From Candidatus Hydrogenedentota bacterium (lineage in GTDB: Bacteria; Hydrogenedentota; Hydrogenedentia; Hydrogenedentales; SLHB01): a stretch of DNA of 64,000 nucleotides. Made by a program: the position numbers and the translations under genes. Location: the NCBI GenBank assembly GCA_045863335.1, contig BTVY01000006.1:135336-199335 (forward strand), written 5' to 3'. The notes beneath the pieces were generated by a model that made no database searches, was not told the DNA's origin, and worked only from the letters and a program-made list of their open reading frames with translations. Positions 9,501-18,715 of this stretch are shown piece after piece (positions within the stretch are counted from its first letter, which is position 1; every line of letters begins with the position of its first letter).

Positions 9501-10502
9501 ATGGGCCGTCTACGATTCTATACAGTCGCGCTCCTGTTCGTCATGGTAACTACACCCGCTGCCGTCCACGCGCAGGCAACCCACGACGAGATTCGTGCAA
9601 AAGAACTTTCGGACCTGCGTTTCGGCATGTTTATCTGCTGGTCGTTCAGCACGTTCTCGGGCGAGGAATGGACGCGCGGTGTCGAAGACGTCGGCTTCTT
9701 CAAGGCTACCGGCTGCGACACGGACCAGTGGTGCGAGACGGCAAAAGCCGCCGAAATGAACTACATCCTCTTTCTCACAAAACACCACGATGGTTTCTGC
9801 CTGTGGGACACAAAAACCACGGAGTTGAAGGTCACCAACAGCCCTCTCGGGATCGATGTTCTCGCGAAGCTGCGGCAGTCCTGCGACAAATACGGTCTCA
9901 AGCTCGCGCTCTACTTCTCCGAAGGCGACTGGACCTGGCCGGATATGAAGAATCCGGAGTTGAAGAAGGCACGACTCGAGGAGTTGTGCACGCAATACGG
10001 CCCGATTGAATTCTTCTGGATGGACCACGCCCAGGATGACGGCGGACTCGATCACGAAGCCACGGCGGAATGGGTGCGTAAGTTCCAGCCCAACTGCTTC
10101 GTCGGCTTCAATCACGGCCAAGCCGCCGGTCGCCTCGCGTTGCGCGAACGTGGACAGCCGGGTCCCATCGGCGATGTGAACGCGTCGAAATACAACAAGG
10201 ACGGTGAATCGAACTACACAGGCTATCTCGTCGCCGAATTCACGTACCCGATACTGCCCGAACACGAAGGCGGCGCGCAGTGGTTCTATTCGCTGCCGAA
10301 ACATGACTCGCTTTGTCTTCCGGCCGACACGATCTTCAATGACTATCTGGGAGCGGCGAAATATGGCAACCTGTTCTCCCTCGATGTCGGCCCCGACTAC
10401 TCGGGCCGCCTGCGCGAGATCGATGTGACGACGCTTCAGCGAGTAGGCGAGATGATTCGCGAGTGGAAGGCAAGTGCGACTCCCGATGCCGAAGGATCCT
10501 GA
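9501..10502 (+). CDS. Alpha-L-fucosidase family (GH29)
   Basis: RFGMFI.W, LTKHHDGFCLWDT and FWMD motifs; signal peptide. Confidence 0.85.
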   Translation: MGRLRFYTVALLFVMVTTPAAVHAQATHDEIRAKELSDLRFGMFICWSFSTFSGEEWTRGVEDVGFFKATGCDTDQWCETAKAAEMNYILFLTKHHDGFCLWDTKTTELKVTNSPLGIDVLAKLRQSCDKYGLKLALYFSEGDWTWPDMKNPELKKARLEELCTQYGPIEFFWMDHAQDDGGLDHEATAEWVRKFQPNCFVGFNHGQAAGRLALRERGQPGPIGDVNASKYNKDGESNYTGYLVAEFTYPILPEHEGGAQWFYSLPKHDSLCLPADTIFNDYLGAAKYGNLFSLDVGPDYSGRLREIDVTTLQRVGEMIREWKASATPDAEGS

Positions 10503-10640
10503 TCGGTTTCGAGCAGATCACACCCAACCGGTCGCTCATGACGGCTACTCCAATTGCAGCCCAGAAGCGCGCCGATTTCTTTGCCGAGTCCGTTTGTGAA
10601 AACGCTATGCCTTCCAAGAACGTTCGGCCGTTCCTCATCG

Positions 10641-11138
10641 CTATCGGGACACGTGCATCGCCAGAGCTATACCTGGCAGCAGATTCTGGAGCGCGTGAAT
10701 ACAAAACGCCACCCAGATCGCCTTTATCCAGGACTTCTGACGCCACGTAAGGTACGCGCACGAGAATACGACAAAGGGCCAGAACACCACCAGACCCCAC
10801 GTGGGCAACATGAGAGAATGGAGACACGCCCAAAGCAGGGCCGACACGACTGCAATCATTGCGCGGACGTGGGTGAACCAGGAAATCAACCAGATGCCGA
10901 AGGACAATAGCAGCGTTTCCAGAAACGGGCCGACGAGAACGACCAACAGAAAGAACATCCAAGCCTGGGTTGCGGTCGCGCCACTTGCCTCAAAACCCGG
11001 CGGGCTGTTCTGATTTCCCAGTCCGAGAGCGGCAACCATTGCCGAAATGAGGATGGAAGGAATCAGGCTGATCAATGCCATGCAAACAATGTACTTTCGC
11101 ATGGGGAACGGACTTGGCGTTATGAAAAGGCTCTGCAT
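10641..11138 (-). CDS. CPBP (Abi/CAAX) family intramembrane glutamic protease
   Basis: GPFLET, WACLH and HALQN motifs in a hydrophobic protein. Confidence 0.72.
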   Translation of the reverse strand: MQSLFITPSPFPMRKYIVCMALISLIPSILISAMVAALGLGNQNSPPGFEASGATATQAWMFFLLVVLVGPFLETLLLSFGIWLISWFTHVRAMIAVVSALLWACLHSLMLPTWGLVVFWPFVVFSCAYLTWRQKSWIKAIWVAFCIHALQNLLPGIALAMHVSR

Positions 11139-11173
11139 GGTCTTATTATCGATTCTTCATTCCACCCTTAACG

Positions 11174-14100
11174 CTACCGGATCGGCGGCAACTTGATATC
11201 CTGCCGCGACACCTGCCCGTCGATTACAGCCAGATCAACTTCATTCACGATCGGCTCGTAGAGGTTGTCCGGATCGAAGCGACTGATCTTCAGCACCAGG
11301 CGCCCGGCCCAGACGTCCTCAAAGCGAAAGCCTCCGTCGAGACCAGCTGTCGCGCGAACGCACTCGACGGTGTCGCCGGTCCGCCGCTCGAGCGATAGAA
11401 AGGCATAGTCGACAGGTTCGCCATCGGTGATGAGGGTACCTTCAACAGTGGCGGTACCGCGCTTGAACACGATGTCGACGTGAGCTTCCTTCCCCGGTTC
11501 GATGTGGAGCGTCTTCGTTACGGACCGCGAATTGGCGCCGCTGGCCGTCACGTTGATGCTCAGCATGCCTTCCGACAAGTCGGCGAGTCGAAATGCACCA
11601 TCGCGATCGGGCGCGAGAGAAGCTCCGGGAAGATGCGGCGCATCGGAGTAATAGGCGTTAATGAAGAGCCTGCCGACGTCCAGATTGCCGGACTGAATCG
11701 CACCGGTTACCGCTGCGGATTCCGGCAAGACGATACGGCCTTCTCCAGGCACCTCGGTTACGCCGGCGCCATATCCCGGATGGTAGGCGCAGACGCGTTT
11801 TGCGTCCCGGGGCAGGCCCCCAATGGTGAAGTGGCCCCGCGTATCGGAGCGCACAGCCGCCGCGCGGTCTATGCGATCCAGCGATACGCCAGTCACAAAG
11901 TACACTGCGGCGTTTGCGACCGGTTCGCCGGTTTCATTGACCACGATACCCTCGAAGGATGGCACGGTTGCAAGCATGAACTCCGCGTTGCTCGACTCGT
12001 TCTCCTCCACCTCCACGTGCTGGAGTACCGGCGCGTAACCCGGCGCCCATGCAGCCACGGTATAGGTGCCAACCTGCATTTGACCGATAGAGAACGCGCC
12101 ATCGGCGCTTTCAATGGGACTGCCGCTGCCATACAGGGTTTCGTTGAACTCATGGACCTCGCCCATGACAAACGCCAAGGTGTACGCCGACAGGGGCTCG
12201 CCGGTCTCCGCGCGGATTACCCGCCCCGCCAGGTTTCCGCGACCCTTCAAGATAATCTCCGCGTCCATGGTTCTCGCGGCGAACCGCCCGCTACCGCGGG
12301 AGTAGTCCTCGTGCTCAACGGTAATTCCATAGACCTTGTCTTCGAGACCCGTCACCATGAACATGCCGTCCCCATCCGTGTACGTACTCTCCATGCCGCC
12401 GTCCGCGAAACACATGACCCGCGCGCGCTCGACGGGTTCTCCTGCGCTGTCCACCACTCGCCCCGCGACGGCCATGCCGCCTTTCTCGCCGTATACGATT
12501 TCGAAGCCTTCGATCGTTTCGCCGGGTTCTGGGCGGATTCGCGCGTACTCTTCGGCCGAACTGAACCCGTTGACTCCTTTCGGCGTGACGATAATGCCGA
12601 ATTCCGTGCTGACAAGACCTTCGATGAAGAATCGCCCGTCTCCATCAGCTTCCCCAGACGGACCATAGCGAAGCACATCCGATCCCGTGCGCAAGAGATG
12701 TAGCTGTGCGCCGGACATGGGAGCGCCGGATGCGTCGAGGACCGTCCCTCGAATCGATGCCGACTTCGGCCGGTCGAGCATCAATACCACGCCTTCCAGT
12801 CCCTCTTCCGGAAGAGGAAACGCGCCTTCGGCCTGACTCTCGGCGTTTTCAGTTTGCGCCTGTACTTGAAGCTGATCCGAGATCTCGGGCAGGTAGATCG
12901 TAAATGCGCCCTCCCCATCGGACGCGCCGCGGATTGGATTGGGTGTCGTGGGGATCGCCGCCACGACCTCCGCACCATTGACCGGCTGGCCATTCGCGTC
13001 GACCACCAGTCCCGACACCGGAATTCCGGGCGTAAGCGCGAAATCGACATCGCTCACGGGCTCGTGGTTCGTCAACTTCACGGAGACGCGCTGACTGCCT
13101 CGGGGATCAGGATAACGTTCAATGTCTTCCAGACTAACGGAGTACATTCCATCTTGAATGGGTGGAATGGAATACCGCCCGTTTTCATCCGTCGGATTGC
13201 TGCGTGCGACATGCCCCCCTCCGCCCGCGGGATAGACATTGGCGCGGACGCCTGCGATGCCGTCGCCCGTCTTAGCGTCGTAAACGCGCCCGCGAATGGA
13301 GAAAGGTTCCGTCTGCTGGGCGGGCGCGGCTGCGAGTCGCTGCACGTCTTGATTCGGTGCGGATTCAGGCACCACCTCAGTGACCGTTTCTTCGCCTTTC
13401 GCGGCGACACGTGAAGCATCCGCAGGTCGCGACGGACTCGCAGGTTCCGGAGCCGAGTTTGGTGCGGTGAAAACATACCAACTCGCCGCCAACGCCAGAA
13501 TCACTCCCGCGACTCCGATCGCTACCTTTCCTGCGATTGCGGCAGACAACACTCCCGCGCCGGTCGATGAGATTGAACCGGACATGGCCAGTTTGCTCAG
13601 CCTTGCGACGAGGTGCGCGGGCGCTGCTTCGGCGGTCGTGCTCAATACGGCGGCGAACCCTGCAACAGTGGCCGCAACGCCTTTACGCTGCAACGTTTGC
13701 CGGACCCGTTCGACGCCTTGTTCCACTCGATACCGGATCGCCGATTCCGACACGCCCAGTTCCGCGGCCATCTCGGTGTGCGTGCGGTTTTCGAGAAGTC
13801 GGCCCACCACGGCCACCCGGTAGTTCTCCGGCAGGGACGCGATCGCCTCGTCTACGTGGGCGATAATCTCGCCGACGGAGACGTCTTGCGATTCATGTGC
13901 GTCGTGTGCCGCCGCGTAGTCGCTTTCCCGCTGCCGCCGCCGCTTCTCGCCTTTCAGCCGGTCGATGCTTCTGCGAACGGCGATGGTGTGCAGCCACGCC
14001 CCTAAAGAGGACCGCACCGCGTCCCGGCTTTGCATGAGCGCAATGAAGCACTCCTGGGCCACGTCTTCCGCCAGCGCGGGGTCGCGGACGATTCGTTTGC

Positions 14101-14203
14101 AGCTCGAGATGACCATGCCGGAATGGCGGTGCACCAATTCCGCAAATGCTTCGGCATCCCTGCGCCGCTGCCACTGTTCAAGCAATGCCGCATCTGTCGT
14201 CAT
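11174..14203 (-). CDS. ECF sigma-70 factor fused via a TM helix to repeated carboxypeptidase-regulatory-like (beta-sandwich) domains
   Basis: AFAELVHRH, AEDVAQECF, WLHTIA and region-4 HTH; TM VAIGVAGVILALAASWYVF; repeated G.V.D..G.PV.GA units; start placed at ATG 14203. Confidence 0.88.
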   Translation of the reverse strand: MTTDAALLEQWQRRRDAEAFAELVHRHSGMVISSCKRIVRDPALAEDVAQECFIALMQSRDAVRSSLGAWLHTIAVRRSIDRLKGEKRRRQRESDYAAAHDAHESQDVSVGEIIAHVDEAIASLPENYRVAVVGRLLENRTHTEMAAELGVSESAIRYRVEQGVERVRQTLQRKGVAATVAGFAAVLSTTAEAAPAHLVARLSKLAMSGSISSTGAGVLSAAIAGKVAIGVAGVILALAASWYVFTAPNSAPEPASPSRPADASRVAAKGEETVTEVVPESAPNQDVQRLAAAPAQQTEPFSIRGRVYDAKTGDGIAGVRANVYPAGGGGHVARSNPTDENGRYSIPPIQDGMYSVSLEDIERYPDPRGSQRVSVKLTNHEPVSDVDFALTPGIPVSGLVVDANGQPVNGAEVVAAIPTTPNPIRGASDGEGAFTIYLPEISDQLQVQAQTENAESQAEGAFPLPEEGLEGVVLMLDRPKSASIRGTVLDASGAPMSGAQLHLLRTGSDVLRYGPSGEADGDGRFFIEGLVSTEFGIIVTPKGVNGFSSAEEYARIRPEPGETIEGFEIVYGEKGGMAVAGRVVDSAGEPVERARVMCFADGGMESTYTDGDGMFMVTGLEDKVYGITVEHEDYSRGSGRFAARTMDAEIILKGRGNLAGRVIRAETGEPLSAYTLAFVMGEVHEFNETLYGSGSPIESADGAFSIGQMQVGTYTVAAWAPGYAPVLQHVEVEENESSNAEFMLATVPSFEGIVVNETGEPVANAAVYFVTGVSLDRIDRAAAVRSDTRGHFTIGGLPRDAKRVCAYHPGYGAGVTEVPGEGRIVLPESAAVTGAIQSGNLDVGRLFINAYYSDAPHLPGASLAPDRDGAFRLADLSEGMLSINVTASGANSRSVTKTLHIEPGKEAHVDIVFKRGTATVEGTLITDGEPVDYAFLSLERRTGDTVECVRATAGLDGGFRFEDVWAGRLVLKISRFDPDNLYEPIVNEVDLAVIDGQVSRQDIKLPPIR

Positions 14204-14437
14204 AAGGGGTCTCCCGAGTTGATTATCAAGTTCACCCCTATGTCGACACAAGACAGCGAAATCGCAATGGGAGCGGGCGCGAGTCCGGGGGCCTGCCGGG
14301 AATACGACCCCGGCGGCGCAGGCCCACCGCGTTGCCAATTCTCGCCATGAAACTCTGGTTTTGGCTATACTACACGGCAATGATCGGTCAGGTATTCTGA
14401 CGGTATTTCCCCGCGATTCGTACAAGAGAGCGCTTTC

Positions 14438-15736
14438 ATGCAACGACGTATCACGCCGATTCTGGCGACTGCCTTCGCGACTATCGTCTTGCTGTGCGCG
14501 GGTTGCCAACATGTACCCGAAGAGGCCAAGCCATCGCTATCCCTCACCGACGAACCACTGGATGAAACACTGCTCGCGGAACTTGACGAACGGTTAGGGG
14601 GCTTGGTGCAGGATCGGGCTATGGTCGGCATGTCAGCGGCGATCGTGCGTCGCGGCAAACCGGTTTGGTCGAAGGGGTACGGGTTTGCCGACCTGGAGGA
14701 AGGCGTCGCGGCAACGCCGGACACGCCGTATCGCTTGGGTGGATGTTCCGAGGCCCTGGCGGCGGTCCTGCTCATGAAACTCGTGGAGGAGGGCGTGGTC
14801 GGCCTTGATGATCGGCTTGTGGACTACCGGCTGCACTCTTGGTATCCGGGCGCTGTCGCGCAGGAATCCCGCTATTCCGGCGACGTGTTGATACGGCATG
14901 TCCTCTCCAATTCCGCCCAGGGAACGCCGGGGCATGGGTACCGGTACGCTCCATCCATCTTCGTGGACCTGACGTGGGTGGTCGAGGAGGGGTCGGGCCT
15001 CCCATATCCGAGCGCGCTCGTAGAGTACATCACCGGCCCGGCAAACATGGGGCGCACAGTGCCGGGCCAGCTTGCTCCGGGATACGACACGGTGTTGGCC
15101 GAACTTGCGAAACCGTACGACGCGGGCACTGACAGTCCGCTCGTCGCCGCATATCGCGTCTTGGGGTTGAAACGGCTACTCGAAGGCTTACGCGACAAAC
15201 CCATCGAACCGGTGGAACTCGATCCGGCGCTGGAAGAATCGCGGCGGGAGGTCTTGGGTGCCGCATATACGCCGTTGTATGGCGTGAATGCGAGCCGGGG
15301 CGTAATCTCGTCGGTTGTAGACCTGGTGAAATTCGACCGCGCGTTGGATGAAGGCGAGTTACTGTCGGACGCCGGGCGCAACATGATGTGGACTTCGGCA
15401 AAAACGCCGTCCGGGGAATCCTTGCCGCAAGGGCTCGGGTGGTTCGTGCAAGATTATCATGGGAAGAAGGTGGTCTGGCAGTTTGGGGATTCGGCTCCGT
15501 CAGTGTCGGCGCTGTACATCAAAGTTCTCGACAATGCGACGACGTTTATTGCGCTGGCAAACACGGACCGGCTTTGTGCCGGCTACGATATGGCGGCGGG
15601 GGATGTGACGGCGAGCCCATTCGGGAAACTGTTCCTTGACGCCGTCATTGGTGGAACCGATCCGGCTCCGCAGATTGCAGATGAACAACCCCGGGCCGGC
15701 GCGCGGGGCCGCTCGCGTTCTCGATTGGCGCGGTAA
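14438..15736 (+). CDS. Beta-lactamase/serine-hydrolase-fold lipoprotein with degenerate active site
   Basis: GMSAAIVRRGK..WSKGYGFADLE...TPDTPY, IRHVLSN and GLGWF; lipobox LCAGC; SxxK reads GCSE. Confidence 0.82.
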   Translation: MQRRITPILATAFATIVLLCAGCQHVPEEAKPSLSLTDEPLDETLLAELDERLGGLVQDRAMVGMSAAIVRRGKPVWSKGYGFADLEEGVAATPDTPYRLGGCSEALAAVLLMKLVEEGVVGLDDRLVDYRLHSWYPGAVAQESRYSGDVLIRHVLSNSAQGTPGHGYRYAPSIFVDLTWVVEEGSGLPYPSALVEYITGPANMGRTVPGQLAPGYDTVLAELAKPYDAGTDSPLVAAYRVLGLKRLLEGLRDKPIEPVELDPALEESRREVLGAAYTPLYGVNASRGVISSVVDLVKFDRALDEGELLSDAGRNMMWTSAKTPSGESLPQGLGWFVQDYHGKKVVWQFGDSAPSVSALYIKVLDNATTFIALANTDRLCAGYDMAAGDVTASPFGKLFLDAVIGGTDPAPQIADEQPRAGARGRSRSRLAR

Positions 15737-16132
15737 CGGGGCAGCTTCCCACAGCGCTTCGCGCTACCCCATACTTCGGTCCCCTTCCAACCCCGAGCGA
15801 CGATGCGCCACTGCAATGCCGGGGTCCAAATGAATAGAGAGTACTCAGCCTATGCTCCATTCCTCACCGCGTCGCGCGGCACAGACAATGAGCAACTTGC
15901 ATCCGGGTGGGCAGCAACGCGGGTAATGGGAATGTAGGGCACACCCCAGACCCTTCTGTCATCGAACCAGTCGTGTCTCCACGTAAGCCATTGTCTATCA
16001 GCACTATCGGAAGCACTCCGCCTGGCCCGAACAACGTAGAGGATCCGGGGTACACCCCCTGGATTCGCCAGATCATGTTCCGAAAGAGGGTGCCGCCAAA
16101 CCGCGTTCTACTGCGGGAATTGCGCGATACCG

Positions 16133-18442
16133 TTACGCGAAAACGTCGTGAAGCGGCGAGAATGCGAGACGACGGACACGGGTGCGGTAGAAGACCTTTT
16201 CAACGAACTGGGCCATGGCGTCGGGTCCGACGTCGGTGTCGCCGAGGACGATGCGGGTCTCCGCGCCGGAGTCCAGCAGGGCGTGGAAGATGCCTTCGAG
16301 ACGCGCTCGATCCATAGGAGTGAGGGCGGGGTCGTCCGCTGGGCTTGTGCCAGGTGTGTATCCGATATCGTGGGTGAGGGCGTCCGCTTTAACCACGGCG
16401 CGGGTCTTCGCGGGGAATTGGTGGAGATCGAGGGTAGCGAACCGGCGAGCCACTTCTGGCATCGCGCTTGCCGCGATTTGGACGTTTAGGTGTTCCGCGG
16501 CGGCGAGGGACGCCGTGAAGGATCGCACATGATTCAGGATACGCAGGCCCGTTTCGATGGCGTTCTGGCTGGTGTGCAATCTGCGAGACAGGAGGCTGTG
16601 GACGCACTCGTTCAGCCCGACGACGCCGATGCGGTAGGCGGCGGATTCCAGATTGAGGTAGGGCTGGCTGTCGTGGGCGAAGGTCAACATGCTGAGGGCG
16701 CCCACGTCGCGGAACGCCAGGAGGCGTTCCAGAAAGCGGCGCGTCTCATCGTGGGCTTGGACCGCCAAAACAACCGTTTTCTCTATCTCCGCAACCAGTT
16801 CACTTTCGCTTGCAGCCCGGTATGCCGCCCTCGGTAGATTGATGCTGATTTCCTGCGCCGTAACGTGACGACAAGCCCAGCCTGCCGTTTCTTCGGGTTC
16901 GGTACTTCTTCGGTCAAAGACAAAGCGCAGCCGTGTCCGAAGCAAGGGGTCCGCCAGAGCGTACGCGAGAAACTCGTCGTGACCGGGCGACGCAAAGAAA
17001 TCGTCGGACACGTGGATCAGCGGCGCCCAATCGCGGTCGCGGCATTGCTGGGAGCGGGTTTCCTTGAATACTTCCAGAAGTTCCCAGGCAAAACGCCGCG
17101 CGTCCGGCAGGTAGTCACTGTAGGGGCGCCCCGCCGGCAACCCGCCGGGACCAACCGCCTCCACGCCGGCCAGCGCCGGAGGGACTGTCCAAACCAGCGA
17201 GATTTCAGTAGGCGGGTCAGCGTGGCAAAGACTCTTGGCGCCACTCTGAGATAAACCGAACACGAGCATGTGCGCAAGTTGCCGGAGTTGGCGCGCATCG
17301 GCTGTCGCGAGAAATGGCGCGAGAAGCAGATTGAACGCGTCCCACGTCGTGTTGCGCGTGAAATGGTGGTGAAGAGTCGTATTGAACTGGGAAACCTGGG
17401 CAATGAGCGTTTCCGCACTCAAGGGAAGCGGCACATAGCGGTCGGTCGCGGCAAAGGGCAATCCGAAACGCTTGATGTACTCCAGGGAATGGTGTGCGCT
17501 GTGGAGCCGGTCCACTCGGCCAAGGTCGTGGATGTGAAGGTCGCCGCGGAGATGGGCGTCAGCCGTTTCCTGTGAATAGACCTGAGACAGGGCAAATTCC
17601 TTCTTAACCCGTTCAGCCAAGGCAATATCCGTGCGGGTGGGGTCGAAAAACCCTTCCACCTCGCCCTGGTTGGGTGCGCAGATGATGCGTTCCGCGTCGA
17701 AAAGTGGGACACCCAGCCGCATGTGTTTGCGGCGATACTCTTCGAGGCCATGTTCGACGAGTTTGGCGTCGACCAGTTCGCGAACCAGCGATGCGGTCAA
17801 GGTTTGGACCGAGGCCCGGGCGATTTGTTCTTCCACTTCCAGAGCGATAACCCGGGCGAGGCCCTCGGCCATACCGGTTTCCCGCGTGAGAGCCGAAACG
17901 ATCCGTTCGCGATCCCAGCCGTCAAAGCGTTCATCGCTGGTGCGCACAAAGAGCGGGCGGACCCCGCTGCTTTCCGCGTCGTCGGCCGCCTGACGCGCCT
18001 CGTCGAGTTCGTGAAGGATGGCCCTCACGTCGCCACCGCGGAGTTTGCGGATGCGCGCGCGCTTGTCGCGGTAGCGCACGTAAGCCAGCGCCGTCTTGGT
18101 GTGGCCCAATTCGATGAGCACTTTCTCGACCGCGTCGTGAACTTGATCGACGTTTGGGGTCCTGCCATCGACGCGTTTGCTCAGGTAGATGGTCACGCCT
18201 GTGGCGAGGCTTTCCGCGCGGTCCCGATCTTCGCCGCCGATGGTGCGGGCGGCATTAAAGATGGCGTCGGCGATCTTGGTTTTCTCAAAGGGAACCGTGC
18301 GGCCATCGCGTTTGACGATGGCGTCGATGAGGGATGGCGCTTCGACGTACGGCGTTTCAAACGAAAGCTGCGCGTCAAAGACACCTTCGCGCACCCGTTG
18401 CAATCCGGGCGTGGTCAGCATCTCCTGAGAATGGTCGTCCAA
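16133..18442 (-). CDS. nrdD: Class III (anaerobic) ribonucleotide reductase homologue with two ATP-cones; lacks glycyl-radical domain
   Basis: IVKRDGR ATP-cone; second cone FVRTS...WDRERI; AHLRGDLHIHDLG, INLPR, IGVVGLNE and EGIFH; ends AFSP with no CxxC or RxxGY; start uncertain (TTG 18442 with GGAG, or ATG 18421). Confidence 0.8.
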   Translation of the reverse strand: MDDHSQEMLTTPGLQRVREGVFDAQLSFETPYVEAPSLIDAIVKRDGRTVPFEKTKIADAIFNAARTIGGEDRDRAESLATGVTIYLSKRVDGRTPNVDQVHDAVEKVLIELGHTKTALAYVRYRDKRARIRKLRGGDVRAILHELDEARQAADDAESSGVRPLFVRTSDERFDGWDRERIVSALTRETGMAEGLARVIALEVEEQIARASVQTLTASLVRELVDAKLVEHGLEEYRRKHMRLGVPLFDAERIICAPNQGEVEGFFDPTRTDIALAERVKKEFALSQVYSQETADAHLRGDLHIHDLGRVDRLHSAHHSLEYIKRFGLPFAATDRYVPLPLSAETLIAQVSQFNTTLHHHFTRNTTWDAFNLLLAPFLATADARQLRQLAHMLVFGLSQSGAKSLCHADPPTEISLVWTVPPALAGVEAVGPGGLPAGRPYSDYLPDARRFAWELLEVFKETRSQQCRDRDWAPLIHVSDDFFASPGHDEFLAYALADPLLRTRLRFVFDRRSTEPEETAGWACRHVTAQEISINLPRAAYRAASESELVAEIEKTVVLAVQAHDETRRFLERLLAFRDVGALSMLTFAHDSQPYLNLESAAYRIGVVGLNECVHSLLSRRLHTSQNAIETGLRILNHVRSFTASLAAAEHLNVQIAASAMPEVARRFATLDLHQFPAKTRAVVKADALTHDIGYTPGTSPADDPALTPMDRARLEGIFHALLDSGAETRIVLGDTDVGPDAMAQFVEKVFYRTRVRRLAFSPLHDVFA

Positions 18443-18715
18443 CGTTGCTCCGCCACTTCTGAAACCGGCGCCCCTCCGCAAAGGCGCCGGGCAAAAAATA
18501 GAACCTACGGCTTAATGAGAATGTGATTGCGAAAGCACTCTACCCCAGCAAGTGCAACTTGCAGTCTAGCGCATGATCGGCAAAGACACAAGGGGGAATT
18601 TTCAAGGAATGGAAACTGCCCGCAACCGATGATGATTCATTCGAGGTGGAGCGGCGCGGGACCCCGTGTGATATGCTTGGGCTGTTTATCACGATTTGGA
18701 AGGGCAAGGGAAGAT

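Noticed and set aside
15864-16317. Short ORFs in the gap as a frameshifted C-terminus of the NrdD homologue
   Set aside because: None of the listed ORFs contains CxxC pairs or an RxxGY motif
18465-18562. NrdR boxes or riboswitch upstream of the nrdD-like gene
   Set aside because: Only a 6-bp inverted repeat (GCAAGT-N3-ACTTGC) and a GC hairpin; no convincing match to the NrdR consensus or a known riboswitch
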